64,000 bases of DNA from Bacteroidales bacterium UBA3844 (lineage in GTDB: Bacteria; Bacteroidota; Bacteroidia; Bacteroidales; Paludibacteraceae), in contig DGHQ01000006.1 in the NCBI GenBank assembly GCA_002392915.1, forward strand, positions 10,631 through 74,630. Direction: 5' to 3'. The notes under the pieces are model-generated. The model saw only the letters and a program-made list of their open reading frames with translations, was not told the DNA's origin and searched no databases. Of this stretch, positions 9,919 through 19,544 are shown piece by piece; position 1 is the first letter of the stretch, and each line of letters begins with the position of its first letter. The position numbers were made by a program, and so were the translations under genes.

Positions 9919-10986
9919 CTAAATGCCATCAACAAATTTCTGAATCTTTCCCAACAATTCAGGCATCTCAGAAACAATAAACATCACAGTATCAGGATAA
10001 TTTCCACCACTGAACAGAGAAGACCAATGTGCGAACGCTTCATTTTTATTCTCTTTTTCAAGCATCTCAACGTAGGCAGGAAGATTTTTCTTGACTTTTT
10101 CTTTCTCTTTATCATCTTTCAATCCCGTCTCCATATAGCGGAAAAGAGATTCATTCACAATGGATAATTCATGGAGTTGCAGTGACTTTAGCGTCTTCTC
10201 ATGCTTTTTGTAGTTCAGAAGAATTTCTTTTGCCGACGGCAATGCTTTCTTGCTGATGTATTCGAAAAACAGAGTTCCTGCCTGGTTTCCCACTATTCCT
10301 GAAATCAGTTTCTTATAAATCAAGTCGATGTTTGGTACATCGGTAATCAAATCACTCACTCTTTTCCAGCCACGTCTGTCTGGAGTCTTTTCAAGTCCAT
10401 TGTCAATATCTGTAGCCACACCGTCGAGTTGATCCGAATGTTCTTGGATAAAGTTTAAAACCCTCTCGTCGACTCCATTTTCTGCAGCCCACAATAGCCA
10501 TTCCGACGGTGTTGGTCGGAAATTATAGATGTTGAAACGAGAAACAAGTGCTGGATCCAAATCCGTCAGCTGATACTCTTCTCCTGAATTGACGGCTGAG
10601 ATTATACGGCTGCCTTCTGGCAATTGTTTGCCAGCCAATTTTTTATTCAGGGCAAGATCCATTATCGTCTGCAAAACTTCCGGACGTGCACGGTTCAACT
10701 CATCAAGGAAGAGAACGATTGGTTTTCCATCTGTAGGAAACCAATATGGCGGCATAAACTCAGTGTTGCCAGTCTTTTCATTTTTGAATGGCAAACCGAT
10801 CAAATCACCGGGATCACTCATCTGTCCGAGGAAAAGCGACACCACTTTCTTTCCCTTTGATGCAAAATATTTCGTGAGAATTTCCGATTTGCCTATTCCG
10901 TGCTTTCCGGAAAGCATGATATTTTGGTCTGCTGGAGTAAGATCAAGCAGTTGTATAAGTTCTTTAGAATTGACTGATATTGCCAT
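9919..10986 (-). CDS. MoxR-like AAA+ ATPase (AAA_5 type)
   Basis: 355 aa with Walker A SGKHGIGKSE, Walker B IVLFLDELNRA, and the sensor region (VLQTIMDL...R) typical of MoxR/NorQ-like ATPases. Confidence 0.8.
   Translation of the reverse strand: MAISVNSKELIQLLDLTPADQNIMLSGKHGIGKSEILTKYFASKGKKVVSLFLGQMSDPGDLIGLPFKNEKTGNTEFMPPYWFPTDGKPIVLFLDELNRARPEVLQTIMDLALNKKLAGKQLPEGSRIISAVNSGEEYQLTDLDPALVSRFNIYNFRPTPSEWLLWAAENGVDERVLNFIQEHSDQLDGVATDIDNGLEKTPDRRGWKRVSDLITDVPNIDLIYKKLISGIVGNQAGTLFFEYISKKALPSAKEILLNYKKHEKTLKSLQLHELSIVNESLFRYMETGLKDDKEKEKVKKNLPAYVEMLEKENKNEAFAHWSSLFSGGNYPDTVMFIVSEMPELLGKIQKFVDGI
10885..10908 (-). other. Walker A (P-loop) codons of the MoxR-like ATPase
   Basis: The reverse complement reads gga aag cac gga ata ggc aaa tcg = GKHGIGKS. 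Confidence 0.8.
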
Positions 10987-11003
10987 AACCCATTATTATA
11001 TTA

Positions 11004-11639
11004 TTATTTCACGTCTATATCATTAATTGCTTGTCTAAGACTATCTATTTGATATTTAAACTCTTTTGATTTCTCTTGATCAATTATGCAAACATGATTT
11101 AGGAAACAGCTGTCTGCTGGCGTATTCCACTCTTTTTTCCATGTGTCTTTTAATTCAAGAAAAACAGAGACAACACCCCAATTTTCATAAACATGAAAAT
11201 CTTTTAATTCGTAAGCAAATTTATCAGAGCACAATTTTGAATGAAAATTCTCACAGATACCTTCCTTTTCGTAAAGACAAAAATCACCCGGATCAATACT
11301 TATTAATACACTACTGGGAATATCCCGTATCGCATAACGTGATGTCTCCGCAACTTTGGGATGATAAAAATAGGACAAATAAAATATCAACGCAAAAGCG
11401 ATGATGATTCCTGAGAAAAAGTTGAGCAAAGCTATTTTCCATTTATGAACATTCAAGATAGATATTAAAATGGCTGAAAACGAGGCGATTCCTAAACATA
11501 TTAGATTGATATTCCACCTCAAATAATCACAACCAAAAGAAATAATGGATAAAGCAATGCCTAAAACTAATGAGACAAGAAACAGCGTGTCTACAATATG
11601 ATTCAATTTATTTTTCATCAGCGGAAACCTCTTTTTCAT
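11004..11639 (-). CDS. hypothetical integral membrane protein
   Basis: 211 aa with three N-terminal hydrophobic helices and a soluble C-terminal half. No family recognised. Confidence 0.45.
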   Translation of the reverse strand: MKKRFPLMKNKLNHIVDTLFLVSLVLGIALSIISFGCDYLRWNINLICLGIASFSAILISILNVHKWKIALLNFFSGIIIAFALIFYLSYFYHPKVAETSRYAIRDIPSSVLISIDPGDFCLYEKEGICENFHSKLCSDKFAYELKDFHVYENWGVVSVFLELKDTWKKEWNTPADSCFLNHVCIIDQEKSKEFKYQIDSLRQAINDIDVK

Positions 11640-12144
11640 ATTGTTTGATCAATCGAGCACACCACAATAGCGGCAAGATGCCAAAGAGTCCGAATGAGCA
11701 ATCAACTAAAGTCCAAAAGAACGGAATTGAACGTATTGGTCCACAAATGAAAGCAAGAGGGAATATTGATACACAACAGAACATTCCCCAATATACCACC
11801 CATTTGTTTTTAATCGGATCACGATACGGCCCAACGAACAATGTTGCTATCATCAGGTGTGCGTATGCCAACCAATCAAAGCCATAGGCAAGATATGGAT
11901 ATTTGTCATTGGTCTCTGTAATACCTATCTTAACATTATAAAGCCATGAAAACAGTGGTTGGATGGAATTGTCTTTCATTTGGTTGATAGTCTCCTGATC
12001 TATGGAAAAAATGGAACATAAAAGATTCAGTTCACACTCCACAGGAAAAGCTGTCACACCAGCCACAACCAATGCCACAATATAGAAAACAATCAAAATG
12101 CGGATTTTCTTTAATGTTGTCATAATCATCAGTTTTATCATCAT
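11608..12144 (-). CDS. hypothetical integral membrane protein
   Basis: 178 aa with about 4 hydrophobic helices. It overlaps the next ORF by about 30 nt. No family recognised. Confidence 0.45.
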   Translation of the reverse strand: MMIKLMIMTTLKKIRILIVFYIVALVVAGVTAFPVECELNLLCSIFSIDQETINQMKDNSIQPLFSWLYNVKIGITETNDKYPYLAYGFDWLAYAHLMIATLFVGPYRDPIKNKWVVYWGMFCCVSIFPLAFICGPIRSIPFFWTLVDCSFGLFGILPLLWCARLIKQYEKEVSADEK

Positions 12145-12247
12145 TAATCACGAAATTACAAAAAAACAGAGAAAGAATGATTGGTTTTCAAGTAAATGTT
12201 TGACAAATAATCGTAGTGGCGAATTTATATACCTTTATAAACAAAAA

Positions 12248-12269
12248 GAGACGCGATTTCCCGCGTCTC
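12248..12269 (-). terminator. rho-independent terminator of cstA
   Basis: GAGACGCG-atttcc-CGCGTCTC, followed on the minus strand by a T-run (reverse complement of acaaaaa). Confidence 0.65.
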
Positions 12270-12309
12270 CCTCATATATCTCAAATAAATCAACTCTATT
12301 ATTTGATTG

Positions 12310-13734
12310 TCAGATCTGTTGAATCTTTTTAGAATTCAAACTCTTCAAGAATACAGCCACAGTTACGATTGTGACAATTGCTCCTGCTGCATAAGATATA
12401 GTTTTGTCGAGATGCAAACACTCAGGTGCAATGAAGATGTATGTCGAGCAGACCATTGTCATAAAGATTGCAGGGACGAATGTCACCCACCAATAGTTTC
12501 CTCTCTTGCTCAAGAAGACGGTGATTGCCCACAATGTGAATACCGACAATGCCTGATTACACCATGCGAAGTATCTCCATATCAAATTGAATCCCTCTTT
12601 GTCGCTTACACTGTAGATCAACACAATCAATGTCACAACAAAGATAGGCAAACTGATTGCTAATCTGCTCTTTATTGTCTTCTGCTCTTTATTCAAGAAA
12701 TCAGCCACGATCAGACGGGCGCTTCTCAATGCTGTATCTCCACTTGTGATAGGGGCGAAAACGACTCCCAATAGAGCCAATACACTTCCTACCTCTCCTA
12801 GCCAATTCTTTGTGATATTATCTACGATTAGAGCGGCATTGTTTTCTTCCATACCATGCTCGTTGAAGAAATAGTTGGCTGCGGCTGCCCAAATTAGAGC
12901 AACAATACCCTCTGTGATCATCGCACCGTAGAAGATTGGTCTACCATGCTTCTCATTTGTCATACAACGTGCCATAAGCGGACTCTGTGTGGCATGGAAT
13001 CCACTGATCGCTCCACACGCGATACTTACAAACATCATTGGGAACAGTGGCATATTCTCTTCTCCTGCTGGATGTGTGTTCTGCAATCCATCCCAAATTT
13101 CTGGCAATGCGGGACTTGTCTTTATCAACATCACCAACACTCCTACTGCCATAAAGATCAATGCAATAGCAAACAATGGATATACTTTTCCAATTACCTT
13201 GTCGATAGGAAGCAATGTGGCTAAGATATAGTATACAAAAATCACTCCAAACCAAACTGTTGGATCAATAGATGTCAATTTTGCCAGAATTGCTGATGGT
13301 CCGCTCACAAACACAGCTCCCACTAGAATCATCAGGACCACTGTGAAGATGCGCATCACCGTCTTTGCCTTCATACCTAGATGACGTCCGATGATGTCTG
13401 GAAGACTCTCGCCTCCTTCTCTAAGACTCATCATTCCTGCCAGATAATCGTGTACGGCTCCTGCAAAAATACATCCGAACACAATCCACAAGTAAGATGC
13501 AACACCGAATTTAGCACCCATGATGGCGCCGAAAATTGGTCCAAGGCCTGCAATGTTCAAAAACTGAATCATGAAGATTCGCCATGTTGGCAATGGCATG
13601 AAATCCACTCCGTCTTGCTTGGCAATGGCAGGAGTCACTCTGTTGGGATCTGGGCCAAACACTTTCTCTACAAATTTTCCATAAACGAGATAGCCCAAAA
13701 CAAGTGCGACAAACGCAATGTAAAAAGAATTCAT
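12310..13734 (-). CDS. cstA: carbon starvation protein A family transporter
   Basis: 474 aa and polytopic. The N-terminus MNSFYIAFVALVLGYLVYGKFVEKVFGPD...FMIQFLNIAGLGPIFGAIMGAKFG is a hallmark of CstA. Confidence 0.9.
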   Translation of the reverse strand: MNSFYIAFVALVLGYLVYGKFVEKVFGPDPNRVTPAIAKQDGVDFMPLPTWRIFMIQFLNIAGLGPIFGAIMGAKFGVASYLWIVFGCIFAGAVHDYLAGMMSLREGGESLPDIIGRHLGMKAKTVMRIFTVVLMILVGAVFVSGPSAILAKLTSIDPTVWFGVIFVYYILATLLPIDKVIGKVYPLFAIALIFMAVGVLVMLIKTSPALPEIWDGLQNTHPAGEENMPLFPMMFVSIACGAISGFHATQSPLMARCMTNEKHGRPIFYGAMITEGIVALIWAAAANYFFNEHGMEENNAALIVDNITKNWLGEVGSVLALLGVVFAPITSGDTALRSARLIVADFLNKEQKTIKSRLAISLPIFVVTLIVLIYSVSDKEGFNLIWRYFAWCNQALSVFTLWAITVFLSKRGNYWWVTFVPAIFMTMVCSTYIFIAPECLHLDKTISYAAGAIVTIVTVAVFLKSLNSKKIQQI

Positions 13735-13752
13735 CTTTTTCTAAAATTATAA

Positions 13753-13780
13753 GTAGAGACGTAGCGTGCTACGTCTCTAC
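13753..13780 (-). terminator. hairpin terminator after the guanylyltransferase gene
   Basis: Perfect inverted repeat GTAGAGACGTAGC-gt-GCTACGTCTCTAC, 28 nt downstream of the stop at 13808. Confidence 0.6.
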
Positions 13781-13807
13781 ATTATTAACTATTAATTTTA
13801 ATTCTAA

Positions 13808-14893
13808 TTAAATATAGTCTTCGCCAAATGATTCTTTGGTTTCGCTCACATAGTCGCGGATATGTTGCTCCTCCGACTTTCTGCAAATAAGCAGGACATT
13901 ATCGTCGTCGACAACGATCATATCATCAAGACCTTCCACGATTGCGATTTTATTCTCCGCAAGGCTGATCACATTTCCTTTGGAATTATGATATTTCACC
14001 CTACCCTTCAAAGTCGCATTTTTATTCTCGTCTTTTGCATCAGACAAATCATAAAGGCTTCCCCATGTACCTAGGTCTGACCAACCAAAATCCGCCGCAA
14101 TCACATTCACATTCTGTGCTTTCTCCATGATAGCGTAGTCGATTGAAAGGTTCTTGCTTGTCTGATAAATAGAATCAATATATTCCTGCTCTTTTGGAGT
14201 GTTGTATGAGCTGCTGCCAGCCTTAAACTTATTCCAGATTTCTGGCTCGTGCTGTTCGAATGCATTTGAAATCGCTTTCACATTCCATAGGAACATACCT
14301 GAATTCCACAAAAATTCGTCACTTTCGAAGAAGATCTTAGCCAACTCAAGATTTGGTTTCTCAGTGAATGTCTTTACCTTGAAAATGGAATCTACAGAAG
14401 ATCCGTTCTCTATCTGAATATATCCATATCCAGTCTCCGGACGAGATGGCTTGATTCCAAGTGTCATAAGCACATCGTTGCTGGCTGTGAAATTCAAACC
14501 TTTCTCGATTGTGTTGAGAAATTCCTGCTCTTTCAAAACTAAATGGTCTGACGGTGCAATCACCACATTCGCATTTGGATTCAACGACGCAATCTTGTTC
14601 ATAGCATAAGCAATACAAGGCGCAGTGTTGCGACGTGCTGGCTCCAAAAGCAACTGGTTTTCAGTAAGCATTGGCAACTGCTCTAGAATCAAATCCTTAT
14701 ATTGTTTGTTAGATGCGATAAAGATATTCTCAGTTGGTATAATCTTTGCAAAACGATCAAATGTCTGCTGCAAAAGAGTACGACCTGTGCCAAAGAAATC
14801 CAAAAACTGTTTTGGACGGTTCGAACGAGAGCATGGCCAAAAACGTGTGCCTGCTCCACCCGCCATAATAACTAAAAATCTATTCTTATCCAT
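13808..14893 (-). CDS. manC: mannose-1-phosphate guanylyltransferase
   Basis: 361 aa with the nucleotidyltransferase motif VIMAGGAGTRFWPCSR and typical ManC/CpsB N-domain order. No PMI domain is present. Confidence 0.8.
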   Translation of the reverse strand: MDKNRFLVIMAGGAGTRFWPCSRSNRPKQFLDFFGTGRTLLQQTFDRFAKIIPTENIFIASNKQYKDLILEQLPMLTENQLLLEPARRNTAPCIAYAMNKIASLNPNANVVIAPSDHLVLKEQEFLNTIEKGLNFTASNDVLMTLGIKPSRPETGYGYIQIENGSSVDSIFKVKTFTEKPNLELAKIFFESDEFLWNSGMFLWNVKAISNAFEQHEPEIWNKFKAGSSSYNTPKEQEYIDSIYQTSKNLSIDYAIMEKAQNVNVIAADFGWSDLGTWGSLYDLSDAKDENKNATLKGRVKYHNSKGNVISLAENKIAIVEGLDDMIVVDDDNVLLICRKSEEQHIRDYVSETKESFGEDYI

Positions 14894-14899
14894 TTTTAA

Positions 14900-15667
14900 T
14901 TAGTCTCTGCTTCTTCCTAAAATTTTCAAGATATATAGGAACAGGTTGATGAAGTCCAAATATAGTTCCAAAGCACCATACACAACCCATCTCTGCTGAT
15001 CTTCTTCTGCCAAATAGTGGAATCCACCATTCTTCAATTTCTGTGTGTCATACGCAGTCAAAATCACAAACACACCTACCATTGCGTAGTTTATAATCCA
15101 ATCAAGTGTAGAACTTGCCATGAAGATATTCACAATTGTGGCGATAATACCTCCAATCAACACAAAGAATGCGATTCTTCCTATTGTGGAAAGATCCTTC
15201 TTAATCTTGTAGCCAATGAATGAACATGCTCCGAATGTACCTGCGGTTATGAAAAATGCCGTCTCAATCAATCCTAAATCAAACACTAAGAAGATCGAAG
15301 ACAGTGTCAGTCCGTTTACAATCGAATAAATCACAAACAAGATATTCAATGTTCTTGCCTCAAACTTTTGTATTCCTGCACTGATCGCGATGACAAGACC
15401 AAGCTCCACTAACGCCCAAATCCAAAATGAACCAAGGAAAATGTTTCGCAATGTCTCTGAATGTGCCACTACCCATGCAGAAGCACCAGTCAAAAGCAAT
15501 GCATAACACATCATTTTATAAACAGATGTCATGTACTTAGACAAAGCCACCTTCTCATGGTCTACATACTGGCCATTGGAAGTTGAGCTATTATCAATTC
15601 TCTCTTCTTTAGAATAATTTTCTAGTTCCATATCCTTTAAGTTTTTTGTTTCTGCAAAAATAATCAA
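14900..15667 (-). CDS. Bax inhibitor-1/YccA family membrane protein
   Basis: Seven hydrophobic helices. The C-terminal ...GALELYLDFINLFLYILKILG motif is typical of the BI-1 family. The true start is probably the internal Met (MELENY...). Confidence 0.75.
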   Translation of the reverse strand: MIIFAETKNLKDMELENYSKEERIDNSSTSNGQYVDHEKVALSKYMTSVYKMMCYALLLTGASAWVVAHSETLRNIFLGSFWIWALVELGLVIAISAGIQKFEARTLNILFVIYSIVNGLTLSSIFLVFDLGLIETAFFITAGTFGACSFIGYKIKKDLSTIGRIAFFVLIGGIIATIVNIFMASSTLDWIINYAMVGVFVILTAYDTQKLKNGGFHYLAEEDQQRWVVYGALELYLDFINLFLYILKILGRSRD

Positions 15668-15710
15668 AAAATGTTTTTCTCCGAAACAGGATTCACATTT
15701 TTATAAATTT

Positions 15711-16871
15711 TTAAGAAAAGTCATTAGTGCCGTGCAGTCTCACACTGAATGTCAGTATTTCACTATGTCTGTCGACAGTGACTTTCACTTCATCGCCTGG
15801 ACTGAATCTTGTAAGCCTGTCTTGGATTTCAGCCACTGATTTGACACTTGCATTGTCGACGGCAATGATGACATCTCCGTTCTGCATTCCAGCTTCCTTG
15901 GCTCCTCCTTTCTCTCCTACTTCCACTACATATACTCCATCCAAACGATTTACATTGTTTGCTTTGGCAAATTCGTCTGTGATGTCTGTGATCACTATTC
16001 CAAGCAATGCTCTCTGTACTGTGCCGAATTCTTTCAAATCTGACACTATCTTTGTCATGATCGACACTGGAATGGCAAACGCATATCCTGCAAATGAACC
16101 TGTCTGCGACGCAATGGCTGAGTTGATACCTACCAATTCTCCATTCAGGTTCACAAGCGCTCCTCCACTGTTTCCTGGATTCACAGCGGCGTCGGTCTGG
16201 ATAAACGATTCTATTTTCATATCACCGGACAAAATATTGATATTACGTCCTTTGGCGCTTACAATTCCTGCCGTCACTGTAGATGTAAGATTAAATGGAT
16301 TGCCCACAGCCAACACCCACTCTCCTACTTTCAGATCGTCGGAATTGCCTATTTCAATTGGAGACAAATTGTCTGCCTCTATTTTTAACAAAGCCAAATC
16401 GGTAGACGGATCCAGTCCTATGATTTGGGCTTCAAACTCTCGTTTATCATTAAGAGTCACCGTCACACGGTCGGCTCCATGCACGACGTGATTGTTTGTC
16501 ACTATATAGCCAAGATTATCAAGTATAACGCCAGAGCCAGAGCCCACTGGTCGTGGATTGATGTTTTGTTGTCTGCGACGTGGCTGTCCGAAAAATGAGC
16601 CAAACAAATCTTCCAATGTAACAACATTAGATTGCCTGCCTTTGGAATATGTGATGATATGCACAACCGAATTTAGCGATTTCTCTGCGGCGACAGTGAA
16701 ATCAACTCCCGTCGAAACACATTTTGCTGATGAATTTACTGATGTAGACTCTTTTAACAAAGCGTTCGCATCTTCTGACGATTGGCTCGTCTGCACTTTA
16801 CACGACAAAAACAATGTAGAAAAAATGGCAATCGAACATGCCGTCAAAACACTCCTTTTCATACCCTTCAA
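15711..16871 (-). CDS. HtrA/DegP-family serine protease with one PDZ domain
   Basis: Catalytic triad context TNNHVV (His), DLALLKI (Asp) and GNSGGALVN (Ser). A C-terminal PDZ follows (GVYVVEV..GGAKEAGMQNGDVIIAVD). Confidence 0.85.
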   Translation of the reverse strand: MKGMKRSVLTACSIAIFSTLFLSCKVQTSQSSEDANALLKESTSVNSSAKCVSTGVDFTVAAEKSLNSVVHIITYSKGRQSNVVTLEDLFGSFFGQPRRRQQNINPRPVGSGSGVILDNLGYIVTNNHVVHGADRVTVTLNDKREFEAQIIGLDPSTDLALLKIEADNLSPIEIGNSDDLKVGEWVLAVGNPFNLTSTVTAGIVSAKGRNINILSGDMKIESFIQTDAAVNPGNSGGALVNLNGELVGINSAIASQTGSFAGYAFAIPVSIMTKIVSDLKEFGTVQRALLGIVITDITDEFAKANNVNRLDGVYVVEVGEKGGAKEAGMQNGDVIIAVDNASVKSVAEIQDRLTRFSPGDEVKVTVDRHSEILTFSVRLHGTNDFS

Positions 16872-16979
16872 TTTTTGTAATTTCTTTACAAAGATAACGA
16901 AAAAATAGATTTTTTATTGTGTGGATATAAAGCTTTTTGGATAGGATTTATATTTTTGTATGACAAATTAGACTAAAGT

Positions 16980-17297
16980 ATGAATCACGACAAAGAAATA
17001 GAACAAGGTTTGCTCAACATTGCAAAAAAAAACTCAGGCTTAGCCAAGTTCATATTGTTTGGATCAAGAGCAAGAGGTGACGCTCGCTCTGATTCAGACT
17101 GGGATATTCTTGTCGTTATCAACACAGACAAAATCAGACACGAAGACTATTGCAAATTTGCTGATCCATTCTACGATTTAGGTTTACAATACGACGCTGT
17201 AATCAACCCAATTCTACAAACATCTGAAAACTGGACAAAATTTTCATATCTTCCTCTGTTTAAGAATATACAAAAAGAAGGGAGAATACTATGCTGA
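16980..17297 (+). CDS. nucleotidyltransferase (MNT) antitoxin-like protein
   Basis: 105 aa with the minimal NTase motif LFGSRARGDARSDSDWDILVV. Confidence 0.8.
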   Translation: MNHDKEIEQGLLNIAKKNSGLAKFILFGSRARGDARSDSDWDILVVINTDKIRHEDYCKFADPFYDLGLQYDAVINPILQTSENWTKFSYLPLFKNIQKEGRILC

Positions 17298-17692
17298 CAG
17301 AAGAAGAAAGACAAGCTATCGTAACATACAGATTGGAGAAAGCAGAAAATGCGTTAAAACAAGTGGAAGCAAATATTGCCAATGAATTTTGGGATTTGAT
17401 TGCCAACAGATTATACTATGCTGCATATTATGCAGTTACAGCCTTGTTAATCAGTGAAAATCACGAAACGCATACACACAATGGTGTAATAACAATGTTT
17501 GGACTTCATTTTGTAAAAACTGATAAATTCACAAAAGAAGATCATAGATTATACCAACGTCTTTTCACACAAAGACAAACTGGAGACTACAGTGATAACT
17601 TCTTTCTTGATAAGGAGGATGTAATGCCCCAAATCGAACCTACAAAAAAATTTATCAAGAAAATTTCTGATTACTTATCAGAAAAGCATTAG
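17291..17692 (+). CDS. HEPN-domain protein (toxin partner of MNT)
   Basis: 133 aa, helical, with ANRLYYAAYYAVTALL and ...RQTGDY characteristic of HEPN. It overlaps the MNT gene by 7 nt. Confidence 0.8.
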   Translation: MLTEEERQAIVTYRLEKAENALKQVEANIANEFWDLIANRLYYAAYYAVTALLISENHETHTHNGVITMFGLHFVKTDKFTKEDHRLYQRLFTQRQTGDYSDNFFLDKEDVMPQIEPTKKFIKKISDYLSEKH

Positions 17693-17726
17693 TTATAAAG
17701 TGCATCTGTGGATTGTCCCAACAGTT

Positions 17727-19544
17727 TTACGCGATTACAATTCTTCTCACAAAATCGCTCTTTTTAAACGAAGGTATTGTGCCGATAACAAAATTATCTT
17801 CCTGCATATCACAGACGTAATAAACATCATCGTTATAAGAGAATACGTCGTTGCGTAATGCACCACACAAATCTTTGCAGACATTTTCTTTTTCCGCCAC
17901 TTCCAATGCCACTCGTCCATCTCGAGTCTGAAGTATATTAACTTTATAATCCATTGTGGTATAGATTGTTGCGGCAAGCATCGCACGATCCATCGCTGTG
18001 GCTTTTTTACTATAAAGTATCTCTTCTGCAGAACGAAGTCTACCTGCAGTCAAACTATTCTCTACCCTTTCAAACGACTCTCTGTCTTGCACAAAATCAA
18101 AAATCATCTGCATTCTCTGCACACTCGACAATCCTCGTTCAATTGTGATATTATCGATAAACCAACAAATCTTCTTAATATGAATGGAATCTTTCTCCTC
18201 TTCCACAAAATATCTTGCGACATCGGCAGGATCTCCGTCGGAATTCAACAATTCAGAATTGTTGTAATTCTGTGTCAATCTTGCCATTTCGGATCTATCA
18301 AATTTCAGACGTAACAGCAACTTGTTGTTGGTATTAACTCCTGAGATTGTCCAATCGTAATGGTTGATGGCAAACAATGCAGGGTTTGGATTAGGATCAT
18401 CCGCCCCGTCGTCGACTTTATTATCATCAACTTCATTTTGCTTTAACATCGGCAATAAAGGATCATCAACTTTCCATGGCTTGAAATTTTTCTTTTTAAA
18501 AGAACTCCAAGTGATTATAAATAAAAAAAACAAAATAATCCAATTGAGATCCACAGATGTATAGAAATATAGACCAACAAGCAAAAAGAATGACATAGCA
18601 AATAATGGACCGTTCATACCAGTCCATCTATTCAATAGACTCAAAAACTGGGTGAATTTTGTATTCTTGAAAGACAATTCGACATGAATTTCATGCATGA
18701 TAAACCAAATGAGTCCAAATGTCAACGACATAGCAATTCCATGAGGAAGAAATCTTATTGTACACTTGTCGTCTGCAGGATAAGGGATAAATAATTCCTT
18801 AAGAATAAACACCACGATGAATATCATGAGTGAAATGAAACATGTATCATTAATTGATGGTTTATGACGTGAATATCCTCCATCTGTCACAGTTGTGTCT
18901 AGTCGTTTACGGATATCTTCTTTGATGGCAAGGTATCCACACAACAACTTTCGCATAGGAAACAATTTGTCCACATCCTTTTTTTGTTTTCCAAACTCCC
19001 GGATTTTGTAGACTTCTGTTTCTTCAGCTTTTGTTTCAGAACTGTTTTTCGCTCCCTCCACTCCATCTTCTGGTAGAAGATCCACCTCATCTGGCACAAC
19101 CAATTCAGTCTCTGATGATGGCTTTGTAATAGTAGCTATATAATTATAACGAGAGAAAAAAGCTGCCCCCCAATCTTTTATCGTCTCAAAAGACAATTTT
19201 CCAGCAGATTCATCTGATCCTGTCACTCCGACCATGCATCCTTTGAACACCTCATCGTTCACTATCCAAGATTCGACAGGTTCATAATCGACAACATCGT
19301 CGTCTTCAAATGTCTTTCTTATATGAAGCTCTGCCTTATTATTCTTGATATAGATATGTCCGATTGGATTAACCGTACGTGGGAAATGTCCATCATATAT
19401 GGCAAAAGAATCATCCTCACGTACAATCTTACATTTTTCAGCAATTGCACGTGGCCATAATTTGTACCATATAAAGCAAGCCAACGCATATAGTAGCGTC
19501 GGAATCAGGATTCCTCCCAATATCATCAATATTAGATCACTCAT
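17727..19544 (-). CDS. uncharacterised polytopic membrane protein (gene 4 of the VWA/tubulin-like operon)
   Basis: 605 aa with an N-terminal TM (aa 4-28), a soluble ~200-aa region, four TMs (aa ~234-348), and a ~250-aa C-terminal soluble domain. Its start overlaps the upstream stop by 4 nt (ATGA at 19541-19544). Confidence 0.7.
   Translation of the reverse strand: MSDLILMILGGILIPTLLYALACFIWYKLWPRAIAEKCKIVREDDSFAIYDGHFPRTVNPIGHIYIKNNKAELHIRKTFEDDDVVDYEPVESWIVNDEVFKGCMVGVTGSDESAGKLSFETIKDWGAAFFSRYNYIATITKPSSETELVVPDEVDLLPEDGVEGAKNSSETKAEETEVYKIREFGKQKKDVDKLFPMRKLLCGYLAIKEDIRKRLDTTVTDGGYSRHKPSINDTCFISLMIFIVVFILKELFIPYPADDKCTIRFLPHGIAMSLTFGLIWFIMHEIHVELSFKNTKFTQFLSLLNRWTGMNGPLFAMSFFLLVGLYFYTSVDLNWIILFFLFIITWSSFKKKNFKPWKVDDPLLPMLKQNEVDDNKVDDGADDPNPNPALFAINHYDWTISGVNTNNKLLLRLKFDRSEMARLTQNYNNSELLNSDGDPADVARYFVEEEKDSIHIKKICWFIDNITIERGLSSVQRMQMIFDFVQDRESFERVENSLTAGRLRSAEEILYSKKATAMDRAMLAATIYTTMDYKVNILQTRDGRVALEVAEKENVCKDLCGALRNDVFSYNDDVYYVCDMQEDNFVIGTIPSFKKSDFVRRIVIA

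Noticed and set aside
12307-12663. Cys-rich 118-aa plus-strand ORF
   Set aside because: It is antisense to cstA. The cysteine richness comes from reverse-complemented hydrophobic codons.
15727-16491. 254-aa plus-strand ORF
   Set aside because: It lies entirely antisense to the well-supported HtrA protease gene. The translation is low-complexity and S/T/P-rich, typical of a shadow ORF.
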